Positions 1 through 10,968 of a stretch of 64,000 nucleotides of DNA are shown piece after piece. Each line of letters begins with the position of its first letter. The first letter of the stretch is position 1. Where the stretch lies: NCBI RefSeq assembly GCF_000372725.1, contig NW_005202428.1, positions 1,101,331-1,165,330 on the forward strand, in the 5' to 3' direction. Made by a program: the position numbers and the translations under genes. The notes below the pieces were generated by a model. That model had not been told where the DNA came from and did not search any database. It worked only from the letters and a program-made list of their open reading frames with translations. The DNA comes from Emiliania huxleyi CCMP1516. Lineage: Eukaryota.

Positions 1-1233
1 CCTGCAGAGGGCCTCGAGCGACGATGGCAGAGCGGTCGGCGAGGAGCAGCAGCGCCGCCTGCGGGATCGAAAAGAGGCCCAGCTGCACGTTGCGCATCCA
101 GAGCGAGGGCGGCGGCGGCGGCGGAGGCGCGGAGGTCGAGGCGCCCGGCGGCGGCGCCGCCTCCTTGAGCACCTACTCACGCGCGGCGTGGCGCTCACCG
201 TGCCGAGACTGGTCGCGGTCCTCTCCGTGCGAGTGCGCGGCCTTCTCGAAGTAGATGTTTGCGAAGCCGGAGAGGAGCGACGAGCTGAGAACGGCGGCCA
301 CGCCGAGCAGCGACCTGGGGGATGGGCACGGGGATGGCCAACTGCAGCTCGAGGTTAGGGTTATGGTCACGGTGGAGGCAGCAGGTTGGGATGAGAATGA
401 GAATGAGGGTGAGGGTGAGAAATGATCGGGACGGGCTGCTCTCCCGGCCGCACCCGCCCGCGGGAGGCGCGCTGCCCGCGGCTTCGCCGAGCTGGACGGT
501 GCACACGCCGAGCGAGAGGAGGAGGAGCGCGAGCCACTGCGCAGGCTCGAGCCGCTGGCCGAGCAGCCGCACGAAGAAGAGCGCGGTGAAGAGCGTCTTG
601 GACTGCGACCACAGCTGGTGACTCGTCGCCTACAGGGCAGGCTGCGAGAAGGCTCACCGGGCCATCCTCGAGAGGCGACCGAGCTGGTGGCTCGTCGGCC
701 GAGAGGCGGGAGAGAGAGACAAACAGCAGCCGATTCTGAAGCAGGTAGCAGAGCGCAGGCACGGCCATCTTTGCCGTATCGCCGACCCGAAGCAAGCAGC
801 GCCGCACCGCCGCCAGCATCGGCCGCACACCGCCCTCCTCTCTCGCGATGAGGGCGAGGCACAGCGGGAGCTTAAGGCACTCCGAGAGGAAAACGGCCGC
901 GGACCCGAGGTAGAGCGGTGCGCCGTCTGCGGCTGGTCTGCGGCTGGAGGCGACCATCAGAGCAGTCGCCGAGTTCTGCACCACGAGCAGGGTCAGGACG
1001 ACCCAAGCGATTGGCAGCCCCACAAACCGACGCGGCTTGGCCACGTCCGGGCTGGCAGTGGCAGCCATGCAGGTCTGACCTAGCCTCGATCCGGCCAGTG
1101 TGGTGTCCAACGTGCAGGCCTTGCCTCGGTCGCGACGGGCGGTCAGAGCTGGCTGGCGAAGAACAACTGCACCGCACGGAGGCGGCGACACAAGCGCTAC
1201 TGCGCAACCGAGAATTGGAAGCATCAGAGTCAT
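1..1233 (-). CDS. Nucleotide-sugar transporter (SLC35A / UDP-galactose-CMP-sialic acid transporter family), multi-exon, runs off window start
   Basis: Motifs LLVVQNS, AVFLSECLKL, KMAVPALCYLLQNRLLFV, HQLWSQSKTLFTALF, QWLALLLLSLGV, LSGFANIYFEK and SLWMRNVQLG occur across exons; putative GC-AG intron 630-699. Confidence 0.85.
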
Positions 1234-1400
1234 CGCTCTGCACGGTATCAGAGGCGGTGCTTGCTCGAGCGTACGAGCAGCGCTGCTCTAGCAGCAGAGG
1301 CCGCGGTGCTAGGCTGCTAGCAGGGCGAGAGAGCAAAGCCGATGCTGTGCAAAATGACTTCCGAAAAAGAATTTTACCGGTTATGTTTTTTTATTTTCTG

Positions 1401-1520
1401 GCGACGGCTAGTGCACCTCACCCCTCTCCTTAAAATCCCTGTGTGGTGGCGGCGTGCCGTCCTCCCATCCCTCCCTTGGGTGTCCGTGTTCTTTCTTTCT
1501 TTCTTTTGATTTTCTTTTTA
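1401..1520 (+). mobile_element. Retroposon family A, 3' fragment with hairpin core and (TTTC)n tail
   Basis: CCTTAAAATCCCTGTGTGGTGGCGGCGTGCCGTCCTCCCATCCCTCCCTTGGG shared with six other loci in the window. Confidence 0.75.
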
Positions 1521-1737
1521 CGATTAAGGGAAAAGATTTTTTAATCAACACGACACTAGCGGGACTGGCGCGCGCTGGCACTGACACATGCACATGTGCA
1601 TGCACATGCATACACACCATCATCGAAAAAGAAAGTGCGGCGACTTGCACACACACAAGGAACACTGCAGTGAAGCAGTGAGGAGATTAGACTTGGGCCC
1701 GCGAGCCTCCTATTTCGTGTGTGTCACACACTCACAC

Positions 1738-1816
1738 CTTGAGCACTTGAGCACTGGATAGGGTCGATTCCGCATGGTACGGGACCCCTCGATCGTCTCG
1801 CCCTCCCTCACTGGTG
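1738..1816. repeat. Dispersed ~80 bp repeat (second copy 42340-42418)
   Basis: CTTGAGCACTTGAGCACT.GATAGGGTCGATTCCGCATGGTACGGGACCCCTCGATCGTCTCGCCCTCCCTCACTGGTG is near-identical at both sites. Confidence 0.85.
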
Positions 1817-2674
1817 TGTTCTCCTATTTCGACAAGACCAGCGCTGAGCCACAGGCTGAGGGCGCGGAGAGCCGAAGTCGAGCGAGTGTTATGGCCGCCC
1901 TCCCCTCACTTGGCAAGGTTGGTGAAGTGTGGGTGCTGCGCCCTTCGCTTGGCCGCGAAGCGCCCTTTCATGATGGGGGCAGCTGGCGCTCCGCGGTACG
2001 GTCGTCGTCGTGATCCTCCTCCATCGCTAATGCGAGAATGCGACGGTCCAATGCGTGCAGTTCAAGTCCAGGTTGTGTGTAGTAACGTCAATGCTCGGCC
2101 TTGCGTCTATGATTGTTGCTCGTCTCGCCCTGGATGTGAGGTTACCGACTGCACTCCAAGTGCTCCAAGTCTCTATGCTTGCTGCTTGAAGTTGTATACG
2201 CCAAATCCCCCTAACCAAAGAGTCTGTGTACTGTGATCTGTGATCTGTGAGGGTCCGCCCGCAGGCGCATTTTGTATACCGAGGCGGTGCCCGGTGCCGA
2301 ACCTGTCGGACCTTCCGCTTGAGACAGCGTTGTAGATCCCTGGGCGAGGGTGATGGCGTCCCCGTCGGGTCAGGGCTGAAGGCGGGGGAGAATGTGCATA
2401 TGCATGCATGTTTCCTATGTTGGTTAGCCGGGTATATGCACACAGTGAGTGAGTGGGTGGGTGGGTGGGTATTTTGGTCGGTGTCTGCAGCCTCCTAGAG
2501 CCTAGCAGTAAGGCGGCCGGCGGTGGGGCGGGGGGGGGGGGGGGGTCCTGTCTGCCACCTTCTTTCTTTGAAAACAAAAAGAAAAAACCGTAGACGCGGC
2601 TAGCAGTCCCTCCGTGCGTGCAGGGGCCGCGCACCAGCCCGCTCCGCCCGGCCGCCGCAGCCCGTGCCACCACC

Positions 2675-4100
2675 ATGCCGCCCAAGACGCCGCCGCGGAC
2701 GCCGCCCAAGACGCCGCCTCGGTCGCCGGTTGGCCCCCACGCGGCTCTGCAGAACATCGACGTCCTGTGCCTCGTCTTGAAGCAGCTCGCGGCCAGCCAC
2801 CGGCAGTGGGCCGCAGAGTGCGAGCGCTCGTCGCAGGTGTGCCAGCTGTGGCGCGCGTGCGCGCGGCGCGTGCGCAACAGCCTCGAGCAGTGGGAGGAGC
2901 ACTCCTTCCTCGTCACCCGCTTCTCGACGCGCCGCTGGCCGCGCCGCGCGCGCACAATGGAGCAGGGCGAGGTGCGTCCCTCGCCGCCGCTCCTCCTGCC
3001 AACCTTCACCACGGGCGGCGTGTTCGACTGGCAGCTCGCCGTCTACAACCCGGCGGTCGACCACCGCGGCAGCGCGGTGCGCCGGCCGCCCGGAGCCGCC
3101 TTGACGGGAGGCCTCGCGGGCGCGGCGCTCGCAGACTCGCACTGCCTCGGCCTGTCGCTGCGCGTGCCGTCGGCGGAGACGCAGCCGGCCGGGTGGGCTC
3201 GGCGGACCGAGGCGTTCCTCGCCGTGCACCCGCCCCACGCGCCCGGCGAGACGCCCCCCGCCAGCCTCAGCATCCACTTGCGCCACATGCTGCGCCGCGG
3301 CTGCGACGAGGCGGGGCCGGCGTGGTGCGTGCGCGCGGCGGAGCTGGCGCAGTACCTGCACGAGGACGACTCGCTGCGGCTGACGGTGCGGCTGCGCGTC
3401 ACGCCCGGCAGCCGCACCTGCACACTCGGCGACGAGGCGCACCCCCTCGCACGCGACGACTCGCAGCGCAGAGAGCAGGCGCCGCGCGCTCCCCGCCCCT
3501 CCTCCCCGCCCCTCCTCCCCGCCTCGCCCTACACGCACGCACGCACGCACGCACGCACCGCTGCCACATCGGGTGCGTGGGATGTGCCGGAGAACTCTCA
3601 CGCAGATCTCACGCAGCGCACGTGCGGCGAGCAACGCACGGCGCCGCACTCCACACTCGCACTCCATGCACCCACCACATACTCGCACTCCATGCACCCA
3701 CCACACCCTCGCCCGGCGGCCCATCCTCCCGGCTTGCCGTGCCGCTCCGCTCGCGCCCGGTCTCTCGCAGTGCCCCAGTCTCTCTCTTCCGTCTCCAACT
3801 GTCTGTACCGACGCCTTCCCCCTTTGCGCTCGCGCCCTGGCAGGCGGGCGGGCGCAGCTACGCGGGCGGGCGGAGCTTCCTCTGCGGGCGCAGCTATGTC
3901 TGCGTCTCGTGCCGCGGCTCGTCGATCGAGCAGCGGCAACACGGGCGGCGCGCCGCAGCAGGGTGCGGGCGGAGCCCTGTCCTGACCCGCCTCGCGCCCG
4001 CCGGCTCTCTGGTAGGTGGGAGGGCATGCACCGCTGCACCGCCGGCTGCGACTACGACCTCTGTGACGAGTGCTGCGCCGCGGCGCGCCGGACCCGCCGC
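2675..4100 (+). CDS. F-box-like + MATH/TRAF domain + ZZ-like zinc finger protein (multi-exon, 3' end uncertain near gap)
   Basis: DVLCLVLKQL...SQVCQLWR (F-box-like); FTTGGVFDWQLAVY, LGLSL and YLHEDDSLRLTVRLRV (MATH-like); later exons CVSC and HRCTAGCDYDLCDEC. Confidence 0.6.
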
Positions 4101-5258
4101 GCCTCTCGCGCCTCTCCCGAGCCCCTCCCCTGCCACCGTCTCGGCCGCCTTGCCGTCAGGCGCGCCTCGTCGCCGCCGCATCCTCCGGTCTCGGCGGCGC
4201 GACCGCCTCGAGCACCCTCCGCCTGCCGCCACCCCTCGCGGCGCGCAGCTCCCCCCCCCCNNNNNNNNNNNNNNNNNNNNNNNNNNNNNNNNNNNNNNNN
4301 NNNNNNNNNNNNNNNNNNNNNNNNNNNNNNNNNNNNNNNNNNNNNNNNNNNNNNNNNNNNNNNNNNNNNNNNNNNNNNNNNNNNNNNNNNNNNNNNNNNN
4401 NNNNNNNNNNNNNNNNNNNNNNNNNNNNNNNNNNNNNNNNNNNNNNNNNNNNNNNNNNNNNNNNNNNNNNNNNNNNNNNNNNNNNNNNNNNNNNNNNNNN
4501 NNNNNNNNNNNNNNNNNNNNNNNNNNNNNNNNNNNNNNNNNNNNNNNNNNNNNNNNNNNNNNNNNNNNNNNNNNNNNNNNNNNNNNNNNNNNNNNNNNNN
4601 NNNNNNNNNNNNNNNNNNNNNNNNNNNNNNNNNNNNNNNNNNNNNNNNNNNNNNNNNNNNNNNNNNNNNNNNNNNNNNNNNNNNNNNNNNNNNNNNNNNN
4701 NNNNNNNNNNNNNNNNNNNNNNNNNNNNNNNNNNNNNNNNNNNNNNNNNNNNNNNNNNNNNNNNNNNNNNNNNNNNNNNNNNNNNNNNNNNNNNNNNNNN
4801 NNNNNNNNNNNNNNNNNNNNNNNNNNNNNNNNNNNNNNNNNNNNNNNNNNNNNNNNNNNNNNNNNNNNNNNNNNNNNNNNNNNNNNNNNNNNNNNNNNNN
4901 NNNNNNNNNNNNNNNNNNNNNNNNNNNNNNNNNNNNNNNNNNNNNNNNNNNNNNNNNNNNNNNNNNNNNNNNNNNNNNNNNNNNNNNNNNNNNNNNNNNN
5001 NNNNNNNNNNNNNNNNNNNNNNNNNNNNNNNNNNNNNNNNNNNNNNGAGGCGCTGCGGCACCTGAATGCTATACGACCCCGCCGAGTGGACGGGGGCACT
5101 CCGCGCCACCTGCCGAGTGCCCCCGTCCACTTGGCGGGGTCGCAGCTGCCTCTGGAAGGCACCGAGAGGGACAAAATGGCGCAAATGGTCAAATCAAGGT
5201 TTTGTAACGCGAGCTCCGCCGATAACGATTGGGGTGGGGGCCCCAACTCGTGGTAGGC

Positions 5259-5537
5259 CACTAGTTTATCGTAGGGTACTCACGGATACCTCTCCTGAGT
5301 CCCTCTCGTGTGCCCTCGCGCACATCGCATGCGGTCTTCACTCAGCCTCCGCTGCTGTGAACACGGGATGCGAGGTCCGTCTGCACCCGCTCCCTCCACT
5401 CTGCGTTGGGATGTCAGGTACTGCGTAGCTCTTCCGTTGTGGAGGCACGCGACTCCAGACTGACCCTTTACGCGCCAATGTATCACACCTCACGGTGCTG
5501 ATGCTTGGTTCATGTGGAGAAGCCGAGATAAACTAGT
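5259..5537. mobile_element. Short TIR element, CACTA-like (internally deleted copy)
   Basis: Starts CACTAGTTTATC, ends GATAAACTAGT; both arms shared with 5693-6463. Confidence 0.5.
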
Positions 5538-5692
5538 CCGCCGAGTGATAGGTGAACTGCTGACAGGGTACAGGGTTTGCGATGAGGAGCGATCCGAACG
5601 TGGTATTCGGATGATTGGATCACTACCGCAAGCGCCTTTCTTTCGATGTCCGCCGATAACGATTGGGGTGGGGGCCCCAACTCGTGGTAGGC

Positions 5693-6463
5693 CACTAGTT
5701 TATCGTAGGGTACTCACGGATACCTCTCCTGAGTCCCTCTCGTGTGCCCTCGCGCACATCGCATGCGGTCTTCACTCAGCCTCCGCTGCTGTGAACACCA
5801 AACTTGCACTTCAGCTGGCGCGCGCTTTCGCCGCCTACTTTCGCGAGCGCGCTTGGCCCTTGCTCCTCATGCGCGGCGCTCTCGCTGCGCTCTCTCCCTG
5901 CTCATGGGACCTGATGCCGCGCCACCTCTGTGGCCGCTCCATCCTCTCTGACGGCGCCAGCCCTCCGGCTGCGCCATCTCTCTTTGGTTCCCACCCACCC
6001 TCTCCTTGGTGGCATGCTAAGCTCTCACGCTATCATGGGATCCACCGTGGCTCTCACGGCGAAGTCAGCTCGAGCCTCTGCTCGCGTAATGGGTCCTGTC
6101 GTCGGCCCATCTTACCTCTCCCCCCTCTCTTTATGCAGGGGAGACTCCCGCGTCGTTTACGCGGCGGTAAGGGCTCCATGTGTGGTGAGCTCCACCTCTC
6201 TCTCTACTTGGTCTGAGGTGCGAACCCTTACGGCGCCGCGGCCGGCTGCAGGACGTTGAGGTTACCTCCGGACCTGCAGTTCGTCCAAGCTGTTTGAGTC
6301 CCAACCCTCCGCCTTTAGTGGCAAGACCCCGGGGGATGTCAGGTACTGCGTAGCTCTTCCGTTGTGGAGGCACGCGACTCCAGACTGACCCTTTACGCGC
6401 CAATGTATCACACCTCACGGTGCTGATGCTTGGTTCATGTGGAGAAGCCGAGATAAACTAGTG
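5693..6463. mobile_element. Non-autonomous TIR element with CACTA...TAGTG ends
   Basis: 12-bp perfect TIR CACTAGTTTATC / GATAAACTAGTG; no clean 3-bp TSD. Confidence 0.55.
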
Positions 6464-6891
6464 TGCCACAGTGAAATGGCACTAGCCCGAGCAAAAACCC
6501 CCTCCACGAACAGCGCCGCTCTCACGCATCACGCTCACGGCTCACACCGGGTCACGCTCGCAAAATGGAATTTTGATACAGGCTTTACTTACATACACAT
6601 ACACCCCACAAAGTGGGTTCGGCCAGAACCGTATGCTGTATATCAAAAATGGGAACGTAAGAGGAGCTATAACGGTAGGAGCATGGCGCGCGCGTCCGCG
6701 TGGTGTGGCTGGCGCCGGCGGCCCCGTGTGAGCGCGCGTAGACGCGAGAGCAAATGCTCTCGCGATGTGCGCACGCGGACGCCGCGCGCCGCCGCAGCGC
6801 CCATACGGCTCTGGGGGCATGGAGAGCAGACTAGTTGCCGCTCGGTACTCTGCTGCGCAAGGCCGCGAGCAAGGGAAAGGAAGGCCGGGGA

Positions 6892-8361
6892 CTAAGTAGC
6901 CTCGTCGTCGACCCCCTCCGCCCCGTGGCCGTGCGCGTAGAGGCCGTATCGCACGATGTGCCCCAGCACGGACGGCGGGACGAGCCCCTCCGCCTCGTCG
7001 TACCTATAGAGAAGACAAGTGTGCGAACCCAACAGAGATGCGAGTGACCCGGCCCTCCGCCGGGTCGTACCACGCGCGCTCGCGGCTCGACTCGGCGTTG
7101 CGCAGCCCAAAGCGCACCTGGTGGTGGCGGTGGTGGCGGTACGAGGGTGCGAGCGGCGGCGCTGGTGCGAGGGCGGCGAGGGGGCGGCGCGAGGCGTTGT
7201 GCGCTCACCTCGTCGTCGGGCGGCGTCACCCGCTTGCGGACCTCCGTCGAGGAGAGCTCGGTCTCGATCATCGTCGAGCCGCGCGCCTGCGGGACCGCTC
7301 TCGGAAATGTCAGGGAAATGTCTTGGAATGTCTGGTGGCCCAGCACGCAGGCATTGGCGCTGAGCGAGGGCGAGGGGCAGCGGGCGCGGGGGCGAAGCGC
7401 GGGGTCCGGTGTCCGGTGTCTGCCGGCTGCCGCGCGCCTTGAGCGCATCCGCCACGAACTGCGTGTTTGGGGGCATCTCGAGGCCGTCGATCGAAGCGCC
7501 CGGTCGGTCGATGAGCAAGAAGTGCGTCTCGTTGAAGAAGGTCTCGCCCGGGTCACCCACCGCGTCCCAGAAGCCTGGCTCGGCCTCCGCGGGCCATGAG
7601 CGCACCTGTGCAAACCACCGGGGCAACACACCGCCACTCAGAACCCGGCAATCAAGAGGAGCCCGATTCGCCAAGAGTGGTGGCGCCGTGGCGTTGGCTG
7701 GGGTGGTGTGGGGTGGGGTGTGGCCCAGCGGCGAAAGAGAAGGTTGTGGCGGTGCGGCCGTGGCGAGGGAGACCCGACGTGTCTCGCGAGTGTCTCACGA
7801 GTGTCCCGTGGCGCGCGGGGCGTGGCGGCCGCGGCGGTGGGGCGGCGGCGAGGCGGTGCGGCGGCGGCGTGGCGGCGGTGCCTCGCTGATCTGGTCCGAG
7901 CCGCAAGCAAAGACAAAGTCGGCCTCGGGGTACTTCTCCGCGAGCTGACGCATGAGCACGACGGAGGGCATCGCGCGCGGCTTGTCCGCCTCGCAGTCGC
8001 ACACCTTGACGCCGAAGCGCGAGCCGAACGTCGTGTCGACGGCGAGGTGGCACATGACCAGCCGGTGGATCATCGACGTCTTGAGGCTGGGCTTGTCGGG
8101 CCGGACGCCGCATGGCGTGATCCAGACCTCGTCGGCGAGCTTCGAGTGCATGATCTCAGCCGCCACGTTGAGGTGCGCGTTCGTGATCGGGTTGAACGAG
8201 CCGCCGTAGATCGCGATGCGCTTGCGCGGCGGCTGGTGCAGCAGCCGCTCGGTGCTCGCGAGCCTGGCCTGCGCGTGGTCGTCGCGTTGGGAGAGAGCGA
8301 GCGCGCTGCAGGCGGCGGCGCCGCCGCCGGCGACAGCTGCGAGCCTCGTAGCTCGCAGCAT
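6892..8361 (-). CDS. nadD: Nicotinate/nicotinamide-nucleotide adenylyltransferase (NadD/NMNAT family), about 5 exons
   Basis: IAIYGGSFNPITNAH, HRLVMCHLAV, FVFACGSD, LIDRPG, LSSTEVRKR and LVPPSVLGHIVRYGLY. Confidence 0.9.
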
Positions 8362-8708
8362 CTTTGCGACGCGCCTGTGTGTGATCCGTTGCCTGAGCCG
8401 ACGCCACAAGACAGGACCTCCGTTCTCTCTCTTTCCGTATGTCGCTCTACGTTCCCGTAGGAGGACTCTGCTGACAGGGTTTGCGATGAGGAGCGACCCG
8501 AAGGGTTTCTCGGAGGTTTTTCAAGTTGGAAAACATAATGATCTTGTGTGCTCACTTTTTTTTTAGTGTTTGGACCAATAAATAAATAAGACAACCCCTG
8601 GTGGGATTAGGGCAGTGTTTCGATCGGGCGATTTTTTCTTTTGCTCTAACCTATCCGGCGGCGGCGCTGGCGCTGGCGCTGGCGCCGGCAGCAGCCCCGC
8701 ACTCCGAG

Positions 8709-9227
8709 ATGAGCTTGCCGTACATGGCCACCGCGGTGGCCGAGGCTGCGGGCGGCGGCGCCCGCCCCCGGCACCACGCAGCCGCCGACCGCCACGCCGA
8801 CGAGCACCACTACGAGGAGCGCGCGGCGGGCAGCTCTCTGCTGGGCGAGGAGGAGAGCCAGTGGACGCTGGAGCACGACAGCGGCCGGCGCGCGTTTGAT
8901 GAGCTTTCCTGCGAGCCGACCTCGCCCCTCGACGGCTGCCTGCCCTGCACCGCCGACGAGAGCACGGAGCAGTACTGCAGCGTGAGCGGCTACCGGCAGG
9001 AGGTGCGCTGCATAAGCGACAACAGCACCGACTCGGGGCGCGAGGCGAGAGGCCCGTTCCTCGCCTACCACAGCTGCCTCCAGCGCGAGTCCGACCTGCA
9101 TGGCCTCGCCCGCTTCGAGTTTCTAATGGTGTGCTTGCTTGGCGCGTCGCTGTCGGTGGTGCGGAGGCGGAAGCGGCGGCTGGATCGTATCCAGCACGAC
9201 CGCATCCAGCAGTATTTACGCGACTGA
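8709..9227 (+). CDS. JTB: JTB (jumping translocation breakpoint) family membrane protein
   Basis: C..CLPC..YCSVSGYRQEVRC..YHSC, then FEF, a TM segment and RRRKRRLDR, matching the JTB layout; start codon uncertain. Confidence 0.75.
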   Translation: MSLPYMATAVAEAAGGGARPRHHAAADRHADEHHYEERAAGSSLLGEEESQWTLEHDSGRRAFDELSCEPTSPLDGCLPCTADESTEQYCSVSGYRQEVRCISDNSTDSGREARGPFLAYHSCLQRESDLHGLARFEFLMVCLLGASLSVVRRRKRRLDRIQHDRIQQYLRD

Positions 9228-9560
9228 GGAGAGGAGCTTGGGGCTGCTGGGAGAGCTCAGCCTCAGACTCGAGGCTCTCGAAGCTTGCCGTGCGATCGAG
9301 TGGAGATTCGAACATAGGACACGAACACGACCCGACACGCTCCTCCTATTTCTCTAACCCAACCCAACACAGGACAAGTACAAGTACATGCGCTACTGTT
9401 CCGGGTTTCGTAGCTAGCAAAAAAGGAGCATACTCAGCTCGTCCGCATGGCCGAGGACCATCGCGCCACGCGCCACGGCCGCCGGGCGCCCCCCAACTGG
9501 CGAGACACGCTTCGCGCTCAGTCTCGGCTCCGTCGGCCTCTCGCCTATCGGCACTCATCA

Positions 9561-10411
9561 GACATTGAGAAAGCTCCTTATCAGCTGGTCGGCCGCCATT
9601 CGGGCCTCCCGGCCTGCTGCGGCGGCGCGGCCGGTTGAGGCCGGGCTCGGCCCGGCCCGCGACGGCTGGCCGCCGACGAGCGCGCTCGCGCTGCTCGTCA
9701 AGATGGCGGCGGTGGCGATTGCGGCGACAAAAGTTCAGGCGTACAGCGCTCAGGCGCCTGTCGTCTTTCGTCTTTTGTCGCATTTCGCACACGCGCGCGC
9801 CGCGCGACCCGCGTCGCTCCGCGAGGGCATGAGCCTTCCGCGATTCGATCCCGCAGCCAAAAGCTGCTCGCTCGAACCGCGGCCGACTCCGCCATCGCGG
9901 CCGCAGCTGTTGAGCTCTCCAGAAGACTGGTGCCTCATATGCTGCCTCCCTGCGGATGCTGCCGGCGAGCCTGGCGGTCCGCTGTACTACAAGGAAGTGC
10001 TGACTCGATTCTACCTCGAATTCTTCTACCCCCACGACTCGGAACGCGAATGTGACAGGACCAGCGGATCCTTCAGCCACCAAAGCGAGATCACCCGAGA
10101 GCAGCTGAGCCTGCCTCTGGCCTCGCCTCCCTCTCCTTCAGGCATTCGTGGCATCCTATGGGTCGTCCAGAGTATCGACCTCTGGCTTGTCAGCCGCCCC
10201 ACCGAGGGCACCATGAAGTACAGCGATCGCCACCTCGCTGGCCTCTCCGCAAGGCCTCCCGACCGCGTCGAACTCACGGCGCGGGCTCTCTCGGCTACGG
10301 GACCGGCCCCAGCTTCGGCTGAGGGCTAACAAGCTGCCGAGCCCAAATCACGCTGTTGCTATCACTGTGTCTGTGCGAGTCGTGATTTCTTGTTGGTTTT
10401 CTAAAATCTCT
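9561..10411 (+). mobile_element. Retroposon family B, ~850 bp, (TC)n tail
   Basis: Near-identical to 41349-42205; ends TTTCTAAAATCTCTC; flanked by CTCATCA at 9554-9560 and 10412-10418. Confidence 0.75.
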
Positions 10412-10968
10412 CTCATCATTTGTGTTTGTTTGTTAGAGAGAGTTGAGAGATTTTTAGCAATACCAAACAACTCTAACACTCACACATCATTTGGGGCCTG
10501 GAGCCCTGTTCATGCGCGCGCGAGACGTGCAGACAGGGTTGCCAGGTGAGAGCGAATGGCGCGGTTCACGCCTCGCACAACAGAGAGAGAGATGCGCTCT
10601 GCATGGTGGGACATAAAAGAGAGCGAGTACTTGGGCGAGTAGGCTGTGCGGTCAACGCTGCCGCTTTTGAGAGTTGTAATCCTCAAAATCAACACCCAAC
10701 GCCCACAGTTCCAGCCTCCCTCGGTCATCAACTACCTCGCTGGCTCCCTTCATCAAGCGATCTCTCACAACAAGCACATACACCCTTGAAGGATCCCTTT
10801 AAGCTTTCGAGAGCCTTTTGCGGCTCCGCCGCTGCAGACGCCGCTCCTAATCTCCGAAATCACTCCCTTGTTGGACTTGCCCGCCGAACCCAGCGGCGTC
10901 TGACACAGAGAAGGCATCAAACCCCTGTCAGCATCTACACCCCTCGGCCGCTGAGATTTGGCGTGATC

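Noticed and set aside
2600..5261. Very long ORFs (880, 544, 479 aa)
   Set aside because: Artefacts of N-gaps and stop-poor GC-rich DNA
9565..10329. Family B ORF as reverse transcriptase or endonuclease
   Set aside because: No RT, endonuclease or zinc-knuckle motif visible; frames differ between the two copies
10533..10927. hAT-like terminus CAGGGTTGCCA with a possible partner CCCCTG
   Set aside because: Inverted match is weak and there is no TSD
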